A DNA stretch of 64,000 nt from Octopus sinensis (taxonomy: Eukaryota): assembly GCF_006345805.1 (NCBI RefSeq), contig NC_043017.1, positions 7,936,001-8,000,000 of the forward strand, given 5' to 3'. Of this stretch, positions 26,721 to 37,565 are shown in pieces (position 1 is the first letter of the stretch; every line of letters starts with the position of its first letter). Under the pieces are notes generated by a model. The model was not told the DNA's origin. It worked only from the letters and a program-made list of their open reading frames with translations, and did no database searches. The translations under genes were made by a program, and so were the position numbers.

Positions 26721-27034
26721 ACTAACCAGTACCAACTGTCTTCACAATTTTATTGACTGTGAGCAGAAAACCAGGTTTAATTGTTTTTTTTTCTAATTTT
26801 ATCTTTTTTTGCTTCATGGCTGTGTGGTTAACAAGTTTCTTCATAATCATATTGTTATGTATTTGTCCTCATTGCATGGCATATTAGGTAAGTGAATTCT
26901 AACAGCTTCATGTTAAACCAGCATGTTGCGAATGGAATTTGGTAGATGGAAACTGTAGAAAAGCCAGTAACACACACACACGCACATCTTTCAGCAATAA
27001 TGTTTATCTAGTAAAGGATGCAAATATTCATTTC

Positions 27035-27235
27035 AAATTTTAGCACAAGGCCTGCAGATTCAGGGAAGGGCAGGTTGATTACATCAACCCTAGTGCTCAA
27101 CTGGTACTTATTTTGTCAACCTCAAAAGGATGAAAGGTAAAGTCAACCTCAGAAAAATTTGAACTCAGAACATAAAGACAGATGAAATTCTGCTAAGCAT
27201 TTTGTCTGGTGTACTAACAATTCTACCAACTCGAT
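27035..27235 (-). mobile_element. Family-A SINE, minus strand
   Basis: Reverse complement of the family-A body: aattttagcacaagg...ccctagtgctcaactggtactt...aaaggatgaaaggtaaagtcaacctc...tttgaactcagaac...tgctaagcatttt. Confidence 0.75.
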
Positions 27236-27939
27236 GTTTTAAAGGATGCAAATATTGCTACAGAATCTTGTGATTTTTCGAACACAGTACTTCATGGGAA
27301 TGAATTCTAACATAGCTTTGCACTTTGCACCAAGTTATAGGCACTCTCTTGCCACTGTCATCATCATAAATGCTGTGAATCAGTGATTCACCCATTTGAA
27401 ACCTGTAATCAATGGTACTGCTGTTCACCAATTGTGGTATAAAATAAATAAATAGATAAATGAATAAAATGTATAATTGTGTGGTTAGGTGTGTGTATGT
27501 GTTTGTGTTGTATGTGTATAACTGTGTTTGTGTTTGTAAGAAAAAGAATTAGCTATATGTTGAATTGCGTGTATATCTACACTTGTGTGTGTGTGTGCGT
27601 GTATGTGTGTGCGCGCACGTGTGTGTGTGCGTGCATGTGTGTTTGTTTGTATATGTCAGTGTGTCTTTTTCATATTGGTTCCTTGTGTTTTTTCTGTATC
27701 TTTTTCTTTTTCTCGTCCTTTCTTTTTTTTTTGTACTTTTTTCTCTTTGCTATCATACACTTCTCCCCTTCTTCATTCCAAAGCATAATGGTTTAAAGAA
27801 CCTAATTATTATTCTTATTATTTTAATTTGTCAATCACTATCTTCTTTCATGTGGGATTAACTAGATTTTCTTTTCCTCCTCCCCCGCCTCCTCCGCTTC
27901 CTCCTCTTTCTCTTCTTCCTTTGTTATTGAGGCAGTTAT

Positions 27940-28190
27940 TATTATTGTGTTTTCAACATTTTCATGTGAGTTTCTACTGAATCATCAGGTGCACTTCCTT
28001 GTTTCTGAGGTGTGTGCAGCATTGTCTTTAGGGGTTGTAGAGTTGTTCATGGTGTTATTTCAGTGTTTTGTCTGTTTGTTGTGTAGAATATGTGCAATGT
28101 GAGTAGTGTTTTGGTGTCAGATGGTGATTGAATAAAATATGTGATGTGTAGGTTGTGTAATATGTTTTAGTGTCAGGTGGTGATTACATT
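27940..28190 (-). mobile_element. Probable 3' remnant of an R4/Dong-like (RLE-type) LINE next to a (TTC)n(TTA)n microsatellite
   Basis: Minus strand acactactcacattgcacatattctacac resembles the terminal LLGTAHILR coding motif with a frameshift, followed by a short UTR ending in (AAT)n. Dong/R4 elements are known to target TAA repeats. Confidence 0.35.
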
Positions 28191-28226
28191 GAGTATAATT
28201 TGTGTGGGTTGTTATATTATTATCAG

Positions 28227-28238
28227 ATTCTTCTTCTT

Positions 28239-28309
<71 letters not shown>

Positions 28310-28310
28310 C
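28227..28310. repeat. Compound microsatellite (TTC)n(TTA)n
   Basis: Directly visible. Confidence 0.95.
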
Positions 28311-28334
28311 TTTATTATTATTAATGTGGCATAC

Positions 28335-28515
28335 TGGATAAACCACTTACTAGTATTTCGTCCATCTTTACATTCTGAGTTCAAATTCCACCAGGGTTGA
28401 CTTTGCTTTTCATCCTTTTGGGTTCAATAAATTAAGTACCAATCAAGTACTGGGGTTGATGTAATTGACTTATCCCCTCCCCCAGAGTTGTTGACCTTGT
28501 ACCAAAATTTGAAAC

Positions 28516-28558
<43 letters not shown>

Positions 28559-29220
28559 AATAATAATAATAAAGTGGCGAGCTGGCAGAATCGTTAGCAT
28601 GCTGGGCTAAATACATAGCAGTATTTCACCCATCTTTACTGCTCTGAGTTCAAATTCCCCAAAGATCAACTTTGCCTTTCATCCTTTTGGTTTCAATGAA
28701 ATGAATACCAATCAAGCACTGGGGTCAATGTAATCAACTTCCCCCTCCCCTCAGAAACTCCTGTCCCTGTGCCAAAATTTGAAAGTATTATTATTAATAT
28801 TATTAAAATGGTGGGGTGGCAGAATCATAAGCAAACTGGACAAAATGCTTAACTGCATTTCTTTCAGCTTTATATTCTGAGTTCAAACACTGCCAAGGTT
28901 GATTTTGCCTTGTACCCTTTCAGAGATAATCTTTTGGGGTTGATAGAATAAATACTAATCAGGTACTGAGGTCAATGTAATCAACTAGCTCTCTACCTCA
29001 AAATTTCAGGCCTTATGTCTATAGTAGAAAGGATTGGTGTTGTTGTTATTATTAAGGTGGTGAGGTGATGAATAGGCAGAATTCTTTGCATATTGGAAAA
29101 AATGCTCAGTGGTATTTCATTCAGCTCTTTATCTTCTGAGTTCAAATTCTGTTGTGATCTACTTTGCCTTTCATCCTTTTAGAGTCAATGAAATAAAGTA
29201 CCAGTTGGTAGAATAAAGTA
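28335..29220 (+). mobile_element. Chain of four family-A SINEs joined by (TAT)n tails
   Basis: Copies at about 28335, 28571, 28807 and 29054, each with ttctgagttcaaa...tttgcctt...cctt, separated by tattattat tracts. Confidence 0.85.
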
Positions 29221-29665
29221 CTGTGAACTTCTTAACAATATAGACATGCCAATGCTAAGTGAGCACCATGTTTGCCCATCTAGCATGATCCCATGCACAC
29301 GCACACTCAAACAAACACATATTGCTGGAAGAGTAAATATTGTAGAATATCCAGTTATCCAATTTAATTCATAATAGTAGCTTAGATATTTAAAATGAAC
29401 AGTTTAGAATCTGACTCAGTTGTTTTTGTCATGAATATAATTTGTTGTTTAACCTTGTGTCAGCCCTAATTGAGAAGACCAGTGGTCAAGACATTCCAGC
29501 AGTGACCATCCTGTTTTTATAAGAGTATCTTGGACTACAATATTTTTGTCCTTCATTTCACTAAGACAGCAGAGTATTATATGAGGGAAATTTAGCAAGT
29601 ATTCCTCTCTTGGTATAAGTAGCTAATGTTGGTGGTATTTTTCTGTGAATTAAAGTTTTGCAATG

Positions 29666-29716
<51 letters not shown>

Positions 29717-30072
29717 GGTTTTTATTTAATCAAATATAAAAATGTAAAGAAATTCTGGTATATTTTGCAATAAATCCTAGAATAAAATCATCAGTTTTAA
29801 CCATTATCATTGTTATCCAGTTGGAATGATAGCAACAGAGTGACATAAATTTGATACATTTAAAACCATAAATTGTATAGCATGTATCAGTAAATTCCAT
29901 TTAACTCAAATTTGCTGTTCAAATTACATTTATGGCCCCTTTTCATCTGGGATTGTAGCCAAAAGAAAGAGTCTGAAATGAAAGAAAGAGAAGTGGGCTT
30001 GTGAAGGATTAAGTATCTATAATTGGTTTGTTCACACCTGGGCCAAAAGCTATTTTCAAAAACAGTATTAAT

Positions 30073-30795
30073 GACTATAAGAACATACTGAAAGATAAAA
30101 ATCACATTGCTTCAGGTAATTGATGTCTAATCATTTGGGTTAAACTTTGCCAAAACAAGCAAATTGTAACTGCTGTAATCGCAGTAAATGGCTTTTAAAA
30201 CTCTGTTGTTGCTACCGTCATTGATGAGGTCAGCTTTGATTCTGGTGTCTTCATCTTTAAAATTGAAGTTGTTTCTAGTGAGGCTACCATAAGACTACAG
30301 CTAACTCTGTTGAGGTTGCCATAAGACTTGGAGTAAGTTGAGATTACCATGAAATTGTGATTAACTCTGGTGGAGTTAACAGGAGATTGTGGTTAACTTT
30401 GCTGGGTTAACCATGAAACTGAGGTTAACTCTGCTGGGAGTTGCCATGAGATTAATTAATTGTAGTGGGGTTACCATGAAATTGCAGTTAACCCTCGTAG
30501 GATTAGATGAGACTAGGGTTAACTCTGATATGGAGGTTTGCCATGAAAGGGGGTTAAGTCAGAATTAACTTCAGTCTCATGGCAACCTTGCAAGAAGCAA
30601 CAACAGTCTTAAAAGTAATGTCATTAGAATCAAAGCTAACCCCACCAATCATGGTAGCTGCAACAAAGCTTTAAAATCCATTTACTGTAATTACAGCAGT
30701 TAAGATATGCTTGTTTTGGCAAAGTTTAACCTAAATGATTTGACATCAATTACCTGAAGCAATGTGATTTTATTTTTCATTACGTTCTTATAATC
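30073..30795. mobile_element. Foldback-type element: ~190-bp inverted arms enclosing a ~31-bp tandem array
   Basis: The arm at 30073-30262 (gactataagaac...aatcacattgcttcaggtaattgatgtc...aaactttgccaaaacaagc...agctttgattct) is mirrored at about 30608-30795. About 9 degenerate ggttaccatgaaattgtggttaactctg units lie at 30280-30550. Confidence 0.85.
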
Positions 30796-31559
30796 TATCT
30801 TATGGTAATTAATAATATCAGATGTGGGTATTTGGTTTAATAAAGTTGAAAATATGGAGTAGCATTTTGCTGGATAGCTTGTCTGTTGATAAACAATAAA
30901 CCTTTAGTTCTTTTTATAAAAGTAAACTTTAATGAAGCTGTGTCATAGTAATCAATGAATTGAAGTGCCATAAAATCATCCTTATATATCAACAGATCAA
31001 AGTTTCTTGTCTTTGGTCCAAAACCTGCTATTAAGCCACATTATAGATTTAAAAATGGAAAAAAAATTATAATTTGTTGTATTAAATCTGTAAATATGTG
31101 AAGAAATGAGTTAAAGCAAAGCTAAGTGGCTTTAAGGCATCAAAGATATACACATAAAACACTATCACATTTTTTTTTTAAATTACATATTGTATGATTT
31201 TTGCATAATATACAGCAATAGTCTTTTTAAGAGTTAAAAGAAGAACTCTAGAATTATTTTCTATACTTGACTGTTTTCAAAAGATCTGACTATAAAATTT
31301 CAATATTGGATGGAAATGGCCTTGTAAATTTTACCTTTGAATAAAATATCACTTAAAGAACAAAACAATGAGCAGTTTCCATTTTGAAATTTTCTTCAAA
31401 CAACATATTGATTTAAAAAGAAAAAGAAATACTACTACTACTACTACTACTACTGCTACTGCTACTGCTGCTGCTGCAAATAATAATAATAATAATAATC
31501 ATACTAATAATAATGGTAATAATAAATCTGTACATATTTGAGTCCTGCTTTACTTTATG

Positions 31560-31900
31560 ATGGAACCAGCCCAGCTTCTTTCCATGGATCTATTTTAGCT
31601 TCGTGTATGAAGAGCGCTCTGACCCAGGCATTATAAATACATTGCTGAAGATGGGCTCTTGGTATTCCTTTGATCACAAACCTGACCAGCTAAATTCTTT
31701 AATTTCCTCCATGCTCCCATCATCACCCTGAGGGTTCAAACTGCAGTTGGTGCTTAAATTGTTAAAAACAGTTTCTCCTTTTTCTTTGTCAGTGAGAAAT
31801 AGCTGTTGATTCACTGAATCACTAGATTCAGTTCTAGTTGTAAATGTATCTTCTAAGGCATTCATGGACAAACTGCAGCCTGTGGGACCTTCTGAATGGC
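31560..31900 (-). mobile_element. Highly decayed RTE-like reverse transcriptase C-terminal remnant
   Basis: Across frameshifts it reads GAWRKLKNLAGQVCD / KGIPRAHLQQCIYNAWVRALFIHEAKIDPW, resembling the RTE pattern W.KW..L.GVLCD..IP..LKGKIY...VRP.LLYG.E.W. Confidence 0.45.
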
Positions 31901-32210
31901 ATGCCTATTGAAAAATTGTCTTCAATTTCTTTTTTAGTAGTGCAGCTTGCCTGATGATGAGCCATGTCTCATGCAGTCTGCTTCTTGAAAAAGGATACTT
32001 ATGACAGTTGTAAGGCATCATTGTAAAATAGTGTAAAATATCTGATTATATGCTATAGTTTGGGTTGACTGAATCATTTGGTGAGGAGATGACTGCATGG
32101 TGAAGAAGTTCTTTTAGCATCTATATGAATTCAAGTTTGATCCTTCTGTATGGCCTTAAATCAAGTGAAGGTGAGTAGCTTAGTGGTTAGGGTATTTAGC
32201 TCATGGCAAA

Positions 32211-32403
32211 TAAGGTGGTGAGCTGACAGAATTGTTAGCACGCCGGGCGAAATGCTTAGCGGTATTTCGCCTGCCGCTACGTTCTGAGTCCAAATTCCGC
32301 CGAGGTCAACTTTGCCTTTCATCCTTTCGGGGTCGATTAAATAAGTACCAGTTATGCACTGGGGTCGATATAATCAACTTAATCCATTTGTCTGTCCTTG
32401 TTT
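32211..32403 (+). mobile_element. Young family-A SINE nested in a family-C SINE
   Basis: CpG-intact gcacgccgggcgaaatgcttagcggtatttcgcctgccgctacgttctgag...ggggtcgattaaataagtacc, flanked by the family-C head (32170-32210) and body (32404-32620). Confidence 0.8.
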
Positions 32404-34274
32404 GATTTCTGGCAGTACATTGTGTCCTTGAGCAAGATATTTTATATTATGCTGCTCCCATCCACTCAGCTGGCAAAAATCAGTTGTACCTTTAATTCAA
32501 ATGGCCAGCCGTGTCACATGTTAAGGGCATGTGTGTCTGGGGAGTGCTCAACTACTTGCACATTAATTTCATGAGTTGGTTGTTTCTTTGATTAGATCAA
32601 CTGGAACCCTTGACATTGTAATTGACAGAGCCAAGCCTTAGATCAACCAAAGCCTTTTAAGTGTAATTTGGAAGCTCCATCACCTGGCTTAGCATCACTA
32701 CATGATCCTTTGGTGCCTTTACTGGAGTCCACTGTGTTGCAAGCATTCAGGCCAAGATTACAATCTAAGAATAACTTCCTCCCTTTCTCCCACTAGTTTC
32801 AGAAGCTCTGAGAAGGATCATGGACACTACTTGTTTCTCTTCTAGTTAAGCAAGTTTAAAAAAAACACACAATATGCTCAATAAGGTTTCATCTGGGACT
32901 AACAAAAACTTGCATGTCAAATCAGATATAATGTGCTAGTTATAAAGATGCTTAGTAATGTTGATGTGAAAAAATTATTGTAAACCACTACAACATATCC
33001 AACCAACCCAAAATTTAGCTGCCACTGTTTTTATTACGCTGGCTTGCTTGTTTTTTTTTCTCTTGAGACACTAAAGTTTCTGGTTTCTTAGAAAGTATTC
33101 AAATGAAAATCTTTAGATTTTTCTCTTCAAAGATAAACTAACGAAAAATTATTTAATTTTTATTGTTGTTGAAATGTCACTGTTTTATCAAATTTTTTAG
33201 AAATTAAGTATATGAGACAAGTCTATTGAACATTTATAATCTGCTATAAAATAAGTAGGTAATAAATGAAATCACAGAAAAAAAAATAGAAGGTAATAAA
33301 AATAAGGTCACATGTCTATAGAGCAATATAATTTCAAATTTCGATGATTATGAAGTTAGTGTTGGTGGATATAGAAGGTAGTTTTGGTGCCTGTGATAGT
33401 GATGTTGTTGGCTGTAACAGTTAGTGTTGATAGTTGTAATAGCATTGGTGATTGCAGTAGCTGTATTAATATGAGTACTGTAATAATAATAGTAGATATA
33501 GTAATTAGCAATAGGTAAACATCAGTTTTAATTATGAGAATTTCAGTTGTTCAATCAACAAAACTACTTGCTCATTTCATTACAATGTATGTGAGTGAGT
33601 ATTCCACAGGCACTTGTACTCTAAATATAATTCTCAGAAAGACTTGATATGGAACCATCTGTGACAAAGTACAGGTCCAGTATATTTAACTAGGTTCTCA
33701 TAACAACTGTCAACTCAGTTTCACTGATAAGGTTAAGATTGGCTTGAAATTTTATAGAAGATACTTGATCCAAATTTTGTTTTACCTTTATTGATTAATT
33801 TTTATTTGTTTATAATACTGAGTCATACATTTCCTGCAATTATATATTTCTTCATTGACTTAGCAGAAGAAGGAGAGAATCCATGATTGTTTTCTGGACC
33901 CCCATTAATGGTAGGAAATAGAGAAGAAATTACCCTCAACCTATAAATCTGGTTCAAATGCTTGCTACAGTGAGGGCTCTGCTAAAGGCACCCAATGACC
34001 ATGTGTGGTGTTAAACTAGGCAACTCTTTAATTCTACCATCAAAGACAGGAACAGGTCCTCTGATGAACAGGAACTATTTCCATTAACCGAATTCCTCTC
34101 ATGTGGTAACCCAAGAGACAATCCAAGGCTTTTGTAGAAGCCACTTAACTAAGGGGCTATGCAATTAGATCAAACCTGAAACTGCATTCTTGCAGACAAA
34201 ACATCTTTGCTACAGTCATGCCTGCACTCATTGACCACTCAACTCAGTAGTGGCTATTCATTGATCATCTATGG

Positions 34275-34590
34275 GAAGAACATTGACCATTCAGCCATTG
34301 ACTATTCAACCATGTATTGACTACATATATAGAAAACACTAACCAGTCAGCCATGCAGTGATCACTTGTGCAAAACATTGACCATTCATGCAGGCACTGA
34401 CCACATAACCAAAGAACATTGACTATTCAACTAACTAATCAAAGACCACATATTTTGAAAAAGTTGACCATTTAGCCTGGCACTAACTACATATTTAGAA
34501 AACAGTGACCATTCAGCCAGACATTGGCCACATATGTAGAAAACATTGATCATCCAACCATGCACTCACCACATATGTTGAGAACATTTA
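34275..34590. repeat. Degenerate ~41-bp minisatellite upstream of the SCAI exon
   Basis: aacattgaccattcagcca-like anchors at about 34279, 34334, 34374, 34415, 34460, 34501, 34541 and 34582. Confidence 0.7.
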
Positions 34591-34773
34591 TTTATTCGGT
34601 TAATAATGCTGAGTCAAACATTATTTGTTATTATGTGCGCAATGAAATACCTGTGGAGTGGATGTGATGAGTTACATTGACGGAAACCTTATTTGCTTGT
34701 TATTTTCTTTGTTTTTTTTTCTCTTAAAATCTAAATTTCAATCTTGATTAATTCATTTTTTGTTCTTTTTCAG

Positions 34774-34872
34774 TTTACGAACTAGTGAAACAAACTACCT
34801 AAATGAATCATTTTCGTTCTACTCAGCAATCCGTATGCGAGCATATTACTCAAAGGCAAACAAAGAGGACAG
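34774..34872 (+). CDS. SCAI: Internal coding exon of SCAI (suppressor of cancer cell invasion / C9orf126 ortholog)
   Basis: Polypyrimidine tract plus cag acceptor (ttttttgttctttttcag, ending 34773) and AG|gtaagt donor (34873). The 99-nt, phase 2-2 exon translates as (Y)LRTSETNYLNESFSFYSAIRMRAYYSKANKEDR, matching from memory human SCAI YLRTSETSYLNEAFSFYSAIRQRSYYSQVNKEDR. Confidence 0.93.
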
Positions 34873-35629
34873 GTAAGTGTAACAAGCTAAATGGATCTTT
34901 TAATTTTCTCTCTTTTTACTTTTTTTACTCTAATAAATCTTACTCTTGGTCTTGGCATTGCCGAACATTCTTGTATTTCCCCAACCTCTGCATCTTTTTC
35001 TGACCTATATTTAATGCACAACCTTAGTTGTTTGTCACAGTATTTTTCTCTCTTTCCACTCCCCACCAGTTTCTCTCCCGTCTTTTGTTTCACAATATTT
35101 TTAATATATTTTTTGTTTTTTTTGTTTTTGTTGCTGCTACTGCTGCTGTTGCTGTTGTTGTTAATGTTGTTGCTGTTGTTGTTAATGTTGTTGCTGCTGT
35201 TGCTGTTTGGATCTGCTGCCAATGAATATTGATTCTCACCGTTCTTATTTCAGTGTGTTAACGTGTTATGTGTACATGTGAATTAGTACGATGAAGTATC
35301 ACTTAATTCTCTGCTACATTCCTGTCTAATTGATATATTCCTACTTGATCACCCCTTCCCCTCTCTCCATCCACAACACCTGTCAATATATCAGTTAAGA
35401 AAATGTAAATATTTTGAACTTCTTTCACTGGACAATAGAATCACCATACTAGATGTTGTTGTTCAGTCCTTGATCAGCCTTGATCCAGCAAATTTATGAT
35501 CAAAAGTATTTTCAACCATGACTATCTTGCATTTTATTCCAACATTGAAGTTCCCTCTCTTCTCAAAGCTAATTGATGAATTCAACCAATAAATATACCT
35601 ATTTAAAAAAATATTATTATTATTATTAT

Positions 35630-35696
<67 letters not shown>

Positions 35697-35698
<2 letters not shown>

Positions 35699-36334
35699 TG
35701 AGCTGGCAGAATCATTAGCATGCCAGGTAAAATACTTAGCTGCATTTTGTTCTTGCTTATGTTCTGGGCACACATTCCACTGAGGTCAATTTTGCCTTTC
35801 ATCTTTTCGGGGTCGATGAAATAAATACCATTTGACTACTGGAGTTGATGTAATTGACTTACCTCCTCCTCCAAAATTGCTGGCCTAGTGCCAAAATTAG
35901 AAAGGACTATTATTATTATTATTATTGGCAGTAAACTGGCAGAATTATTAGCATGCTGGGCAAAATGCTTAGTGGTATTTTATCTGTCTTTATGTTCTGA
36001 GTTCAAATTCCTCTGAGGTCAACTTTACCTTTCATCCTTTTGGGGTTTATAAAATAAGTTGAGTACTGGGGTTGATGTAATCGACTATCACCCTCCCCAA
36101 ATTTCAGGCCTTGTGCCTATAGTGGAAAGGATTATTATTATTAATTATTATTATTATTATTATTATGAAGGTGGTGACCTGGCAGAATTGTTATTGCATT
36201 GGACAAAATGCTTAGTGACATTTTTTCCGCCTCTATGTTTCAAGGTTGATAAAATAAATATTAGTTGAGCACTGAGGTCGAGGTAATTGACCAAACCCCT
36301 CTTTACCAAAAATTACCAGTAGCTATTATTATTA

Positions 36335-36370
<36 letters not shown>

Positions 36371-36820
36371 CATTATTATTATTATTTCATTTAGTGAATC
36401 AATAGCATATCAGATAAAATGTCATTATTTGTTCTGGCTTTTTACTTTCTGACTTCAAATCCTGCCAAGGTTAACTTTGCCTCTCATCCCTTTGGAATCA
36501 ATAAACTAAAGTACAAGTCAATTAGTGGGGTTAATAGTTACTGTCTAACTCCCTCCTCTCGAAACTGCTAGCCTTGTGTCTAAATTAGGAATCATTGTTA
36601 TTTATCATTTGCATTGGCAGAATAGTTAGAGCATTGGATAAAATGCCTTGTTGTATTTAGCTAGAGCCCTTTATATTTCTGAGTTCAAATTCCACCAAAG
36701 TCAACTTTGCCTTTCATCTCCAGGTTTCATTAAGTATAAGTTAAGTATAGGGATGATTGATTTAATTAGCTACCTATCTCCCTCCACAAATTGCTGGCCT
36801 TGTGCCTTAGTTAGAAGTTG

Positions 36821-36855
<35 letters not shown>
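35697..36855 (+). mobile_element. Chain of five family-A SINEs joined by (TAT)n tails
   Basis: Copies at about 35697, 35926, 36168, 36400 and 36612, all in the same orientation, most followed by (TAT)n. Confidence 0.85.
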
Positions 36856-37213
36856 GGTGTAATATGTAATGGGGCATAATTTTCCTCTTATGATTGAAGT
36901 TTTAATATTGAAGAGTGTCATAGACCTATAGAGTGGAAGCAATAGCTGAGGGCATTAAATGTTCAGGTTTATGACTTTAAATTATAAAGTTCAAAATTAA
37001 CATAAACTGACATTGCTCTTCATCCACTCAAACATCAATAAGAAGTGAAGTACTGGAGTTCAATGTAATCCATTACACATCAACAAGATTTATGTTTTTT
37101 TTTTTGTTAAAAGAAATTTATATTGTAGAATATCAAGATGCTATTATCTATCTAACCTACCTACATACCTACCCAATACCCACCCATTCACCCACCTACC
37201 TACTTATATATAT

Positions 37214-37475
37214 TATTGTGTCTGGGGAGAGTCATTCCATTTTCATGCCTTATTAATTAACACACCAGTTCGATTTCCACTCATTTACTTATTTATTTTT
37301 CCTAAAATTTTTGTTGCTTCTTGCTACCTCTTCAATAGTCTATTGAATGCCTATTGAAAAGGCAGCAAGAAGCAACGGAAATTTTAGAAAAGATAAATAA
37401 GTAAATGAGTGAAAATGGAACCGGTGAGTGTGTTAATAAGGTATTAAAACAGAATGACTCTCCCCAGACGCAATA
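37214..37475. mobile_element. Fully palindromic MITE (about 260 bp)
   Basis: The left arm tattgtgtctggggagagtcatt...ttgcttcttgctacctcttcaatag is the imperfect reverse complement of the right arm ctattgaaaaggcagcaagaagcaac...aatgactctccccagacgcaata. TA at both termini. Confidence 0.88.
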
Positions 37476-37533
37476 TAGTATGCTTCAATGCACGAATTCA
37501 CATAAAGAATCTTGTAAACCAAATACAAAAACA

Positions 37534-37565
<32 letters not shown>

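Noticed and set aside
31674-31904. Minus-strand open frame with an AG acceptor that could splice in phase to 23776 (nested antisense gene)
   Set aside because: The donor is weak (gtttgt), and adjacent frames resemble a frameshifted RTE reverse transcriptase tail, which explains the low stop density better.
32211-32300. A-box/B-box sequences suggesting tRNA genes (also 5340 and 17390-17455)
   Set aside because: No cloverleaf is evident and each continues into a multi-copy SINE body. These are tRNA-derived SINE heads.
34590-34700. Possible editing-complementary sequence for the SCAI exon
   Set aside because: Only two short partial matches (gctgagt; tatg..cgca), in the wrong order to form one duplex.
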